This document shows positions 23,781 to 37,303 of a stretch of DNA of 64,000 bases, in pieces. The notes under the pieces are model-generated. The model worked only from the letters and a program-made list of their open reading frames with translations. It was not told the origin of the DNA and ran no database searches. Position 1 is the first letter of the stretch; each line of letters starts with the position of its first letter. Source of the stretch: Flectonema sp. DT1601 (lineage: Eukaryota). The position numbers and the translations under genes were made by a program. The stretch spans positions 1,054,001 through 1,118,000 of the forward strand of contig OZ025799.1 in the NCBI GenBank assembly GCA_964019425.1. The letters are read 5' to 3'.

Positions 23781-24593
23781 TTTTGATGCTGGTGATTTTC
23801 GATAAAATTAGTTGGGGGAAAAAAACGACAGCATATTTTACATTAGTGCTGTTTTTTTTTTTTTTTTTTTTTTTTTTCCCTCCTTAATTTCTCTGTTTTG
23901 TTAGACGGTTTTGTTCATGACCTTCGTGCATCTCTTTGAAACCGAATAATGTATTTTGAGAAAAAAAAAAAGGATTGTTGTTGCGTACTTCGAACCATCA
24001 ACAACCACTTACTGTATATCACACCGTGTCTATTTCTATTTCTATTGATATAAAGCCATTTTGTTATGAAGGATGGCTCAGCTGATAGGTGGCGCTGATA
24101 TCTCTCGAGGCACTATCCACCTTTTTATGTTAGGCGTGAGTTTTATTGTGGAGGAAAAAAAAAAAAAAAAGGTACCGCCAAAGTATCTTCTAGCGGACTG
24201 CCTCTGAATCCGATTCAAATAAAAGGGAAAGTCACCTTGTATCGTTTTTTTTTTGTTTTTCCTTTTTTTTTTTTTTTATATTTCTGTAGTAACTTGTTTT
24301 TTTTTATATTCATTTATTTATTGTGTTATGTTCATTATGTTTGGTTGTATTTCTTTTTCACCCCCCTCTTACAACTGCGTTTTTTTTCTTGCAGCAATAT
24401 AAAATGAGTTTCTCTGAACCGCTTCTCCTTTTCATTGCAACCAGGGTTTTGTCGAACCCTACATTCGATTTAGCCAGTTTCAAGTTTACTATATATTTAT
24501 TTCAATATTTCTTATTGAGATCATTTCTGTTGAAATGTGTATTTTTATTAAAACTTCCCTTCTTCAGGATGGCTATTTAATTGGTAGAGCCGT

Positions 24594-27500
24594 ATGGTTA
24601 AAATATTTGGTGTAAAGTCACCGACATTCGGACTCGGTGCTGCAAAGGAAGCGATCGCAAAAACCAAACAACAAGTTGGAAAGACAGGCGAACTAATCCA
24701 GAAACATGCGTACATGGGTACTGCAAAGACGGTAGTCAAAGAGAAAGTTGTGATTTCTGTAAAACTCAGAGATGAGTTACCAATTGGAGTGACAGTAAAG
24801 ACAATGAAGGAACCGAAAAGTACCAACAACTACGGTAAAGTTCAAGAGTACATGGATAAAGAAGGTGTTGTTGTTTCTTACCTTCCAGGTAATCACATGA
24901 TTAGACTTCGTTTCAAAGACGGTTCTATCCGCGCCTGGATGTTTGAGGATGTTCTCGTCAGCCCAACAGATATTCAACACATCGAAGAAGAACGCGAAGA
25001 GTTCTGTCCTGCAAAGAGTAGCGCTGGCGGAACTGGTCTCAGAAAAGGTGACGACCCACTCGATCCTCCGGAAAAAAGCAGCGAAACTGACGAAAAACCA
25101 ACCGAAATAAAAGATAAAAAAAAAGCTATTTCATCAAAACCAGAACATGATGACCTCACAACTGCATTAGACCCAGTGGTTCAAGCAGTCCGCAATGGTG
25201 AGTGGATAGAAGGAAAGGATGCAACATCTGGACGACCGTATTGGTGGAATGCTGACAGTAGAGAAACAACGTGGGACTTACGTAAGATTCTAGTCGGACC
25301 TGATGGAGAACCCATCCGAGCTCAACCTCGTTACTACCCTCGACAGTTAGTAATTGAAACTGAAGGTGAACACTCAGGAGTCTACGGTCAGACTAACACC
25401 CTCGTGAATGACTTACCCTCTTGGTATAATAGAGCTAATAAGTTCTGGCTCTTCAGTACCGTAAATCATCATTGGTTTGTTTTGTTTATTTATTTTACTC
25501 TCAACTGAGGTAGTTGGTATCATTTAAAATTATAAACAACCAGGGCAATCACGAATAAGAAATCTGACTTCTCCCTTCCTGAGAATCAACTTTACACCAG
25601 CACAGAACTTCTACTAAGTGGTGTGAGACATGCGAGGAAGAGTCCTGATGAGATGCACGAATCATGGGCGTTGGAAGCAACACAAGAATCGAGAAAAGTA
25701 GCAATATCAAAATCACTTGCAGATGGATCACAATTCCTATTAGATACCTTTTATGCTTTACATCATCCAGAGGGAGCAGGTAAGGTTGGCGTTCTTATAA
25801 AGAAAATAACAGACGGATCCTACACACTTCAACAAGTAGTCGACAGACTCTGCATCAATCACAAAGTAGATGACCACCAGTGGAAAGGAAACCCACCACG
25901 AGCACTTGTTAGACATCGGATTACAATGTACACAAAACAGATGAATATCAGTTCATCTACTTGGAACCAATTAGAAGTTGTTGTAGGGAGATGTACGTCA
26001 CCACAATTATTAGATGCTGAAATGATTAAACTTTGTAACATGACTAACGGTAATCCAGAACAATGGATAGGCGACTATCCTGAAGCACTACGACCACCAA
26101 TCTTATCAGAAGACTATGTCAGATGTAGAATTGATTGTCTGAATGCTATTCACGGTAATAATTCAACTGAAGTAGATGCTGATAATGTCATAGAAAGAGT
26201 AATCGAAGGAGGTGAGAATTTCAAAGGAGTTCTCTTCCAGCAATGTAACACTCTCGGAGTAGATCCCACAGAGTGGATTGCTGAGGTACCTGTCCCTTTA
26301 GTCGAATGGATAATAAATCAGTTCTTACAAACTTTTGATCCCAACGGTCGTGGCGGTGAAACCAAACCTGTCGCACTCGATATCACAGCTGGAAAATACA
26401 CCCTCGACGATGTCTTAACAAGAATGTGTGATCGTTGGTTTGATAAAGGTGCTAACAAGTCTGATTGGGTTGGAGATTACCCCTCGGCAATGAAATCATT
26501 TTATAAAAATGGTGAGACTGGTGTTGCTGTACTAAAAGAAACGAAGTCTTTAAGGAATGCGATTGATGACGCGAGGTTTAAGTTTAGAGCTTTTGCGATG
26601 TTGAATGAACTCCCACAGGGAACTCATCCAATAGAACACTTAGAAAACAGAATACGAAGAACAACAACTGTTAACGAACTCACTGCTTGTGTTAACGGAA
26701 TCATGGAAGACTATTTTGACAGAGCAGAAGTCCCTCGCTCTTTAAGATATTTATGGAGAGGTGATGACCCTCCAGCACTACTACGGTATCGGTTAGATGA
26801 ACTCTTACAGGCACATCACAAATCATCTTCTCACGCTCACATGAGAGATACGTTGCTTCAACAAATCTTGTCAGGTAAGGTTCAGAGAGACGACGCAATT
26901 GAGTTTATCTGTCAAGAAATTGACGCGAATCCAATACGATGGAAAGGAGCATTCCCACTAGCACTCCGAGTCAAAACTGTTCCGAGGGATGATTTCCCAG
27001 AACTCCCTGAAGAACCCCATATGCAAGAAGCTATCGTATCAGATAGAGAACCAGAAGTGAAATTTGCTGAAGCAGCAACATCATTATTGACACCTGAGGA
27101 AGTATCAATCGCTAATAAAAGTATTGCAAGTAATGTTCACTTAACAAAAGAACCCGTCAATTCTATTCTAGTGGATCGCAGGGTGGATTCATCTGACTCC
27201 GATAGCGATAATTTTCCAAAGCATTCCTTCGTAAAGCTTCCACCAGTTCCTCCAAAGGAACCTTTTATGGACGGAAATGAGAATAGTACTTTCGCAAAAT
27301 TCTCTAATCCGAGTGTTGGAGAATCTATTTTTGATAAGGAGAATGTTGATCCCCTTCCAAGTCCAAACTTTTTCGGAGCATCAGACTCCCCAACCAGATC
27401 ACAATTAATGAGCAGAGCTCAGGTATCACCAGGACATGTGGACCCTAACATCGCAAAATTCTCACTGTCAGAGGCTGACTTAGCATCCATGAGGGGGACT

Positions 27501-28055
27501 GGTAGTAGTAATGCTGCTGTTGTGGATGAACGTTTTCTTGCTTTTTGTACTTTTAAATTAGTAGTGTTTCACAGACTACACCACCTACCTCATGATGAGA
27601 TCCCAGCCATGGTAAGTACGATCTCATCGAGTGGTAAGAGTACAATTGTGTGTGACAACATCTTTAGACAATTGTGTGCTAATGTTTCAAGTAGTGGTGC
27701 TGTTCCTGCTCTGTGGGTTGGTCCCAAACCACCAGAACTTGTAAAGTATTGTTTAGAATCTTTCTTCTCTCGGTATCATGTTAAGTCTCTTCCTGCTGTG
27801 ATGCCTTTTGTGGATCTAATTTGCGGATCTGATGTTTCTCTGGATAAAGCTATGCATGTTCTGTGTATGGCTCATGGGGTTAACCCGTCTCTTTGGACTG
27901 GTCCCTTTCCTCATGAGTTGAAGCGTCCAAGGGTTGGGACACCAAATAGAACGTACAATCCACAGTTTGATCCGTATCAAAGATTACAACAAGAGGTTGA
28001 ACCTTTCTTACGTCCAGAGCAACAACTTCCTGGATTGCCAACTCACTTGTTGTAG
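24594..28055 (+). CDS. WW-domain protein with C-terminal C...W-x-G-x-x-P repeats (exons 24594-25474, 25544-28055)
   Basis: WW motif WIEGKDATSGRPYWWNADSRETTW. Intron 25475-25543 (GTTTGT...AACAACCAG) joins the two ORFs in frame (NHHW|AITNKK). Confidence 0.82.
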
Positions 28056-28200
28056 TTGTTATTTATTATGTCAAATATTATCCATCGTTCTTGTGTTGTG
28101 AGACTTTCTACTTAACTCAGTATCTGTCGGCTGGGTAAGGGGAATGGTCCGAAGAAAGACTTTTTTAATGTTATTTGTTCTACGAAATTTTGCTTTTTTT

Positions 28201-28348
28201 TTCTTCTCATCTCGAAAGACATGTTTTACGAGCGAAAGAGAATTGTGGAAGCGTAACGTTAGCACCCTTTACTTTATAGGCTTGTTTCCGGTTGCGCACA
28301 AACAAAAACAAAGTGTGAGTATTATTTAGTGAGGTGCCGATTCTTTTT
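28201..28348. mobile_element. Family B copy
   Basis: GAAAGAGAATTGTGGAAGCGTAAC..CCGGTTGCGCACAAACAAAA..GTGCCGATTCTTTTT; nearly identical to 50771-50915. Confidence 0.75.
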
Positions 28349-28664
28349 GATTGACTAATAATAATAATTATTAACTAACGTATTTTGTCTGTGATCAGCA
28401 ATGTTGCCCTGAAACTACGTATTCCACAGTGTATTATGGAACAGCAGAACAATGTGTTTTTATGACTTTTTTTATTTTTATTTTTATATTATTTAATGTA
28501 GTGCAGTTTTTTTTTATAATAAACTCAAATATAAACTCGGTATTTGTCTGCGATCAGCAAAAAGTATAAGGCTTTGTCTGAGTGTTTTTTTTTTTTTTTT
28601 TTTTTTTTTTTTTCTCCTTCCAAATTTTCTAGGAAACCAAAACATGATAACCTGTTACTGTATT

Positions 28665-28697
<33 letters not shown>

Positions 28698-28957
28698 GAG
28701 TACCGCGGCTGTGACTCTGAAGTGCTATGCAACTTGTGGGACCTCGTCATTTGTTTTATAAAAAAATATAAAAAATAATAATCTAAGAACGTTTACTTTG
28801 TATATTCACTTATTTAGTCTTCCTCCTTGTTGCTTTGCGAATCGCTCGCATGTATGACCTTTTGTACCTGTGAAGTCGATGCCACTAAGAACTATTGTTT
28901 TGAGGAAAACAAGAATGCTAATTTTTATTTATTTATTAATTATTATTTATTATTCAC

Positions 28958-29480
28958 GACAGCTGGGAATTAATTCCTTCCAGCCGAAAGCTATAAAACC
29001 CAATCTCCGTGATTGGATCCTCTATTGGTGTGGGTTACCCAGACCTGACTGTTTCTTAATGAAATATTCTGAGAATTTTTTTTTTTTTTTTTTTTTGAAT
29101 GTGAAAAGGTAATCTTTTTCTTTTGTATAAACATTGTGTCATGTCAACTACTCTTTTTCAAAAAAAGATATGTAATATCATGTCGTATACCTGTTTTTTT
29201 GTTTTTCGTTCTTTTTTTTCGTTTTTAAACTTGTTATTCTGGGTGAGGTGGACAGCTGGGAATTAATTCCTTCCAGCCGAAAGCTATAAAACTCAATCTC
29301 CGTGATTGGGTCCTCTATTGGTGTGGGTTACCCAGACCTGACTGTTTCTTAATGAAATATTCTGAGAATTTATTTTTTAGATGTGAAAAGGTAATCTTTT
29401 TCCTTTGTATAAATATTGTGTTATGTCAACTACTCTTTTTCAAAAAAAAAATGTGTAATATCATGTCGTATCCCTGTTTT
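28958..29480. repeat. Tandem duplication (about 290-nt period) of repeat family C; another copy at 7371-7480, fragments at 29820-29895 and 51531-51605
   Basis: GACAGCTGGGAATTAATTCCTTCCAGCCGAAAGCTATAAAA..CTCCGTGATTGG..GGTGTGGGTT repeated. Confidence 0.85.
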
Positions 29481-30482
29481 TTTTTTGTTTTTTCTTCCTT
29501 TATTTTTTGTTAAAACTTTTCTAAATTCTTGCTAACCTTCGGCGAAAAAAAATTGGTGTTATCAGTCGTCTCTTACACTACTTACTTTGTGCATGTGGTG
29601 GGTGTGGTAGTTATTTACTTTTAGTCAATTCATGTCTCTTCTGACTTGTTGTGGTATTCCTGACTTTGATAAATAAAAACCTTATATTAACTTACTTGTG
29701 AGGATGTTGTAGTCTATCTGTGATGTCGATCAGTTTCTTTTACGTAGTCGAAGTTTTTAGTTGTAGCAATCTTAATCATCATTTTTAGAATCCATGCTAA
29801 ATCTTTGGATATGGCAAACGGATTGGGTCCTCTGTTACTGTGAGTTACCCTCCTAGGGCACTCATAATATACAGTAACGTTGGATTATATAACTAAACTA
29901 ACATTGGTTACTGTTGTCTTCTATTTTTTCGTTTGTGTTTTTCTTTTATTGACTTTTGTGTGAACTTTGTTATTGTTTCCTTACACGGTCTTTGAAAAAT
30001 ACTACGAAAGAAGGAAACGACAGGCAGCAACTGTACACCTTGTAATGTCATTGTTTGTTTAGGTTTAGGTTTTGTTCTGTTTTTTTTTTTTTTTTTTTTT
30101 TTTTTTTATTCTATTAACCCTTTTATTAGGGTATAGAGGTTGCTGTAGTATCTCTATGTGACTGCTTGGGCTTCGAAGCTTCCTACGCAATCAGAATTTA
30201 CAATTTTTTCTGTGTTCGTTGTTCTATTATTCCTTTTCTTACAACAGGATACATGATTGCGATTCGTCGTACTTCTTCTTTACATTTATTAGTATTGTTA
30301 GAATGAAAAGAGAGTTTTGTAGCACACGTAAACCTCCTTTGACTTTTATCAGTTGGTTTTTCGTCGGTTTAGTGACAAAACAAAAATATCAACAAGTGTT
30401 ATATTACTGTTTTTTGTATTAAAAAAACAATTCTTGTTTTCCCCTCTCTAACTTTCCTCTTCATCACCTCAGACAGCAATAA

Positions 30483-33400
30483 ATGCGAATATTAGCATCA
30501 CTGCTGTTGGTACTACTGACTGCCATACCTGGAGCAGGTCAGTGCCAATCTAATAAATTAAGATATCGACCTCCGATAAGGTTTAAACCAGGTTCCCCAC
30601 CTGGATGTACCCGAGGAATTGTGCCACTTGGACAAAAATGTATGTTTGAGTCTGGAACAGCGGTTTGCCCTGAACCAACTTGTACAGGTTTAGATACGTG
30701 GAGCGTTGAAACTGTTATATGTAGGCAAGACGGCTGTCTTGTTGGAGCTGCACCAGCGGGGATTGAGTACTTTGTGTGCTCACCAACTGACGTGGCTGAT
30801 GATATGGAAGAGTGCGCTCTTCATGATCCTACACAATTATCAGTAGTATGCGACTATCCAGAATGTAATAGAGGTGTGATGGATATTCCTGTTCCTGAAT
30901 GTTTCGACAGTGGATGTATTTACTTTGATTTACTTAAAGCAATGCCAACGATTGATCCCAACTACTCTTTTGGAAAAGCTTTCCCTGATAATCGAATCCT
31001 AATGGTCACAAACAAAGGACAGGCGTGTGGTAATGCAGTATGTACCTCAGGCGTATGGGACACTAACAATGTCGCGTGTCCTATTCTATCTCCGTGTAAC
31101 TTAGCACAGCTGGGAGGACCAAACTCTGGTGGAGCAGTCATCACATGTAATGGTATGACTACAGGAATGATAGATGATGGAACAACATGTAATTTTCTTA
31201 AACCAAATGGTGATCCTTGCAAACCGGTGTATTGCCAAGACGGGACTTGGAATTCCCTTCCGTTACAATGCGGAGGTTGTATTTCCCTCCCCAACCCAGT
31301 AGTAGGAACCGTAACCTACAACTACAGGCAATGTGAAGGTGGAGGCTTTATTCAACAAGGAAGAACATGTAATGTATTATACCCTACTGGTGTATGTGAT
31401 GCAGTTGTTTGTTCTACTCCGAATTGGGAAAGTGTTAGTGGACTTCCAGTTTCCATAATTAATTGCGAAGAGGACGGTTGTTTAATAGAAGACATCCGAA
31501 ACCCAATGAACGCTATGTCGACATGTGCCGCTGGAGTGGCTCTGCCGGATAGAGAAAGTTGCAATTTTACTTCTCCAAATAGAAATTGCAAACCTTCAAC
31601 ATGCAACTCTGGTACTTGGGAGCCGGAAGCAGTCCGATGTAGGAATGTTGTGGATACTTGTTCAACAAGTAGTCTATCGGTTGATGATTTATGTATTGGT
31701 TTTGCGAACAGGAGTATGAGTTGCCAGCTTACATCAAATCCTTCTGAATCCTGCACCACACCAACCTGTTTAGGAAATAATCAGTGGGAACCTCAACCTC
31801 TCTGCCGACCATCAGCCGACGTTTGTCAACTTCAAGATATTCTATCCAAGATACAAATATCATATTATATTAGGGATGCAATGGGTGTTTCTTGTAGTAA
31901 TGGTTCCCTTGTCGAAACTCAGCAAAGTTGCAGACTAGAAAGAAATGGAGAATACTGCATCATCATAACATGCCTGGGGGGTAATAACTGGGACTTCGAC
32001 GCCAACAACGTCACGTGCAATTGTGAGACCGACAGAATTGTAAACAGCAGAAATGCTGTGTCACAAACATGTGCCAATAGGGATATTATTCCACACAACA
32101 GTACTTGTAATTATGAAAAAGGAACAACTACTTGTAATAATATAACATGCAACAACGGAACATGGTCTGACTCCGTCAAATGTCCATCGTGTGACGTGTC
32201 TTCTTTATCACTAGGTGGAGCTGCCTCTATAAACTGCCAAGCAACAGTACCAGTTGGCACCATGTGTGAGTTCTCTGACGGAGCCACGGTTTGTGAGAGT
32301 GCTACTTGCTTAGATCTTGGAACTAGTGGTTATGGCTTTGATAAATCATCAATAATTTGTAACACTAGTGTCTGTCCTACTCTTACTCTTTCCGGAGGAA
32401 ACGCCTCATACCCAATAGGAGTGTCAACTACGACACCTAATTGTGGTGTTGGTTACCTTATTAGTAATGGAGACTCGTGTTCATTTACAAATGGTACTGC
32501 GGGGATGTGTAAAACCTACACTTGTAGTAACCAGGTTTGGAGTCCTTCAGCAGGATCTCCGATATGCATTCCAGATGGTTGTTCTGTTTCTGAGTTAATT
32601 GCACTGATAACTAATGACGTACGTGAAGACATTAGATGTATCCCTGGTAACGTCGTATCATCTAATGAGACATGTTTGATTGTTGATGGGAGTGTTTGTG
32701 GAGAAGCAACATGTCAGTCTGGTTCTTGGATAAACATTCCTTCCTGCACAAGTTGTGAGTTATCATCGTATTTAGGAACATCATTCACATCTGACTGTCG
32801 GGGTGTGGAAGTTGATACTTTAAGTGTCTGTTCTATTTCACCAATTCCAACCTCTCGAGATACTGTCTGCCTAAACAGTCTTTGTCGTAATACTGTGTGG
32901 TCACCAACAACACCAACTTGTGTTGATGGAGGTTGTTTGTTATCCGACCTGCAAACATTTTCAGGTGGAGTTTCAAACTGCACACATGACATCATCGAAG
33001 AGGGAGAGCGCTGCAGAATTGAACATCCAACAGCCTCCATAGTCTGCGCTATTCAAACTTGTACTGGGAAAGGCGGAAGGTGGACTGATGCAGTGCAACC
33101 AGTTTGTGCAGATGGCGCCTGTCTTTTTTCCAAAGGCTCTCTGGGAGGGGCAGCTGCAGCAACCGGTTCTGGCTGCACCCGTGGCAATATCGTCCTCGAT
33201 GGAAGTAGCTGCGAATTTTCGAGGAATGGAAATATTTGCAATACAGTTACCTGTAGGGCAGGTTCCTGGGACAAGTCTCCCAGCTGTACTGGTTGCCGTT
33301 TGGATAGGTTGACGAGGAATGGGGCGGCGACAATGTGTGGGATGTTTACTGAACTTGGTGAGACATGCGAGTTTTCGAAAATTAACTTCAGGTGTGACGG

Positions 33401-35825
33401 AGCAACTTGTCAGACCAACGCCAACTCTATCGGATGGAACATTACTGAGGTAGTTTGTGAGGTACCAACAGCAGTCCCTACAGCGCCACCAACAGCGGTC
33501 CCTACAGCGCCACCAACAGCAGTCCCTACATCGCCACCACCGACAGCAGTCCCTACAGCGCCACCAACAGCAGTCCCTACAGCGCCACCAACAGCAGTCC
33601 CTACAGCGCCACCAACAGCAGTCCCTACAGCGCCACCAACAGCAGTCCCTACAGCGCCACCAACAGTAGTTCCAACGGTAGTGCCAACAGCAGTCCCTAC
33701 AGCGCCACCAACAGTAGTTCCAACGGTAGTGCCAACAGCCGTCCCTACTGCTGTTCCGACAGCTACCATAACAGTTTCGATCACTGAAATAGTAACAGAT
33801 CCTCCTGTTACAGCTACTCCGGGCATCGGAGCGACTTCTCCAGACGCAGAAAAGACGAAAGACAATTCAGTCGCCTTTCTTGCGGTAGTCAGCCCAGTCG
33901 TTGCAAGTCCAGGAACAGGTGCTGCGGCTGGTACACTTGCTATTGCTTCGAGAGCGTTGTTGTGTCCGTCTTCAGGACTCGATAAACTTGACAGAACACT
34001 AAACCCTTTGGGAATAACTCTTGGTAGTAAGAAATTCTCAGCCTATAACGGTGCTGTTGTCGGAAGTCTGCTAATAAATTCAGTATTAGCCATAATGGTT
34101 TGTAGTGCAGGTTTCTACCTTTACAGAAAAGTTGAAAAACGAGGTCGAACATGGAAACGACTACGCACAGCAACAGACACCCATTCAACTAAGGCCGTAA
34201 GTACAAAGGTAGACAGACGATATGTTATGATGAAGGCACGGTTTGGTTGGTTAGTTTTTCCTCTTGCGTTTCTTTACTGCGGATCAACTGTCGGTGCGAT
34301 GACAATAATTTGGTACTCAAGTGAGATTGGATTCAAAATATTATCATTTATCTCACTATTAACATTTATCCTACCACTACCACTGTATGCCTTATTAGTA
34401 GGTATGAAGTGTACCAAATATTCTTCATATGAATGTATTGCTGATGACAATAGATCGAAGTTATCGAGAATCTGTTGGGGAGACTACGAATGGGTTCCCG
34501 CAAAGAATCAAAAAGGAACTCGAGTATGGTTGGCATTGCATCACTTGGCATTTGATGGATATAAAAGGAAATTTAGATTTTTTTTATTCTTGGAATTGTT
34601 ATCTGTATTGGTTCTCGGGATGTTAGCAGCATGGCAACCTGATAATGTCGGAGAATGTCGAAGAAGAGCGATTGCCATAGCAATAGTCATCGCTTCTGTT
34701 GGAATAATAATTGGATTATGTAAACCTTATATCGCACCTTATGAGAATGTTTTTGGATTTATAATCTACATGGCTGAAACAGCAATGATGGTACTGACTG
34801 TTGTTGCCATGTTTGACGCTGATCCGAAGAACCATTGGGCTGTTGCTCACACTGCAAGGTTAGCAATTGCTATAATGTGGTTAATTCTTGCTAAGGTTTG
34901 TTGTTGTTGTTGTTGTTGTTGTCGTTTTTTTTTTTTTGTCTTGTCAAACCCCAACAAAGTACCTCCCCAAAATATTGTTAAGTGACAGATCCAATTGGGC
35001 AAAGTTAGCCTGGGACCCCAAATAATAATAACAACAGTTCGTCTGGGATGCTGTTATCTTCGTGATTGACGAGTACTACGAGTGGCTTGAAACAGGTGGT
35101 GATGGTCGTAAGCTTGAGTTCATCAAGTATTGGTTTTTACTCGGAAAGATCGATAATGATTATCGCTATTACAAAGATGATGTTATTAATGAAGAAGAGG
35201 ATATGATAAATTATCCCAACTTCGACAATGACGTTGATTACGTTCCGATGGCGAAATCTAATTATATTCGACATTCTGATGCGTCGACAGGAACTCGTTC
35301 TAAGAGTGGATCTGTTGAGTTAGACTCACCAAATAATCATCCTCTTCAAGTTAGCTACAGGAATCAAATATCACCTGTTTTTCTTGATCCTCCGTCAGAT
35401 TCAAGTCCCATTTCTGGTTCTGAAAAGTGGTCACATCCTGATTTCGCTCGGCCGTCTAGTGCTCTTTTGCAACCAACCGTATCGTATGTTTTTTTTTTTT
35501 TTTTTTTTTTTTGTACCTACAAACCCATTGTTCGGTAGAAAGAGAATTGTGGCAGCGTAACTACCTATTCCTTTATTAGGATTTTCTACCGGTTGCGCAC
35601 AAACAAAATAAAAGTGTGAGTTAGTAAGTAAAAAGTGAAGTTTGCCGATTCTTTTTTTAATTTTTTTTGTATGTTTTTTTTTTTTTTTCCCTACACATCA
35701 ATAACAACAGAGAAAGTGAACCATTTCCTGAACAATTACTTTCCTTGACCTTCAATGATGGAAGAAGGCAGAGCACGTCAACAGGTCGAGGGAAAGTACA
35801 CGATCCGACAATACTGAGATTCTAG
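30483..35825 (+). CDS. Large surface protein, paralog 1: signal peptide, Cys-rich repeats, PTAVP mucin stalk, multi-TM domain (exons 30483-34895, 35038-35483, 35711-35825)
   Basis: 1500-aa ORF plus two GT-AG introns restoring frame; C-terminus GRGKVHDPTILRF resembles paralog 2's GRGSVTPTGTLSF. Confidence 0.88.
33463..33765 (+). repeat. Coding minisatellite, 24-nt unit (PTAVPTAP)
   Basis: CCAACAGCAGTCCCTACAGCGCCA repeated in tandem. Confidence 0.95.
35511..35655. mobile_element. Family B copy inside the last intron of surface-protein paralog 1
   Basis: T-run GTACCTACAAACCC..GAAAGAGAATTGTGGCAGCGTAAC..GGTTGCGCACAAAC..TGCCGATTC T-run. Confidence 0.75.
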
Positions 35826-37192
35826 GAATGTCTTATTATTGATTAACGTACACGTAACCTCTTAAGGTATCTTTTCTGTGTGTCTTGTGTAACCGTCAAT
35901 GATGGAAGAAGAGCTCATCAGCAGATCAACAATACCGAGATTCTAAAAAAAAGAAAAAAAACAAATAAGGAAGAGCTTATTATCGCTTAACGTACACGTA
36001 TTCTCTTAAGGTGTTTTTTTCTGTGTGGTGTGTCTATCTATGGATGGAGCTGATGTTTTTGTTTCCTTCTTTTTTTCTTAAAAAGTATTATATTTATTTA
36101 TTTATTGATTTTTTTTTCAAATTACACCACTTCGAGCTTCCCGTATTCCAATTACTGGGCTGTATTATGCCTGTCAGATTTTTTTTTTTCGTTTTTTTAA
36201 AATTATTGTTTCCCCTCTGCTTTCTACGTTGTCTTGTGTTTTTTCTTGGATACTGCTTCCTTACTTTATTTATAGTGAGTGCTCCGCTAGTAGTGTACTA
36301 GCAATAAGCTAACTCATTGTTTTTTTAAAATAAGGATTTATTTTATAAATTGACAATTAATTAATAGGTGAGACCCACACTCTGCCGTATTACATTATAC
36401 CCCTGGTTTTTTTGAAAAGTATTTACGTAATTGAATAACTCGATTTCGTACTGCACAAAAGAAGATAATGAATGGCAGCTAAGTTAGGAAACATTTTATA
36501 GCTAACGTTTATATTTAGTTTACTCTGGTACAATATAGATATTTATTTCTTTATAAATATACTCAACTATTTCAACCCCCTGTTTCCGGACCCATACATA
36601 TCAACCTGATAGTACGTGGTCCCCGAATTACCAGATTCGACAAAACCATCTGGTCAATAAAGACAAAAGAATATGATTTTTCCTTTTATGTTTTTCTTTT
36701 TTGTACCTTTTCTTTAATTAGCAAATATTCTTTTTGGTCATGTACTTTGACATTAAGTTTTTTGTTTTTTAATACCTAAAGTTGTTACTGTTTCTACATC
36801 GTCAAATTATCCTACCTGTTGAGACATGAAGAGAGTATCGGTAACGTTCGCAACCAAGAAAAAAGTATTAAATTGTATGCACCCAATGCACCCATCGGTA
36901 ATTACTAGTGTGCTTTTTGGTTTGTCGTCAATTGGGAGGTATTCTTGTTTCTGTTATGATTCGCACATTTTTTTTTTTTTTTTTTTTTCCCCCTACAAAA
37001 CAAAATTATTTCGATAGGAAGAGTATTATGGCAACGAAACTATTTTTCCTTTTTTAGGGTTTTGTATCGGTGGACGCACGAAGCTTGCTCAGGCTGGTTC
37101 TGCAGACCGTGTAGGATAGTGGGTATAGAAAAAAATAAAAAAGTTGTCCGATTATTTTTTTCTTAGTTTTTTTTTTTTTTTTTTTTTTTTTT

Positions 37193-37302
37193 TTGCATTT
37201 AACAAGTATTGTAAGAACGAAAAAGAATGTTGGCAGCACACGTAAACCTCCTTTAGCTTTATCAGTTTAAGTCGGTTCACGGTTTCGTGCACAAACAAAA
37301 AG
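37193..37302. repeat. Family B-related subfamily (also 4343-4415 and 30280-30390)
   Basis: Shared GCAGCACACGTAAACCTCCTTTAGCTTTATCAGTT core; ends in GCACAAACAAAA or GCCGATTC like family B. Confidence 0.65.
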
Positions 37303-37303
37303 T

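Noticed and set aside
34896..34985. Poly-Cys C-terminus ([11 protein letters not shown]) of the 1500-aa ORF
   Set aside because: Read-through into an intron beginning with (GTT)n; the spliced product continues FVWDAVIF.
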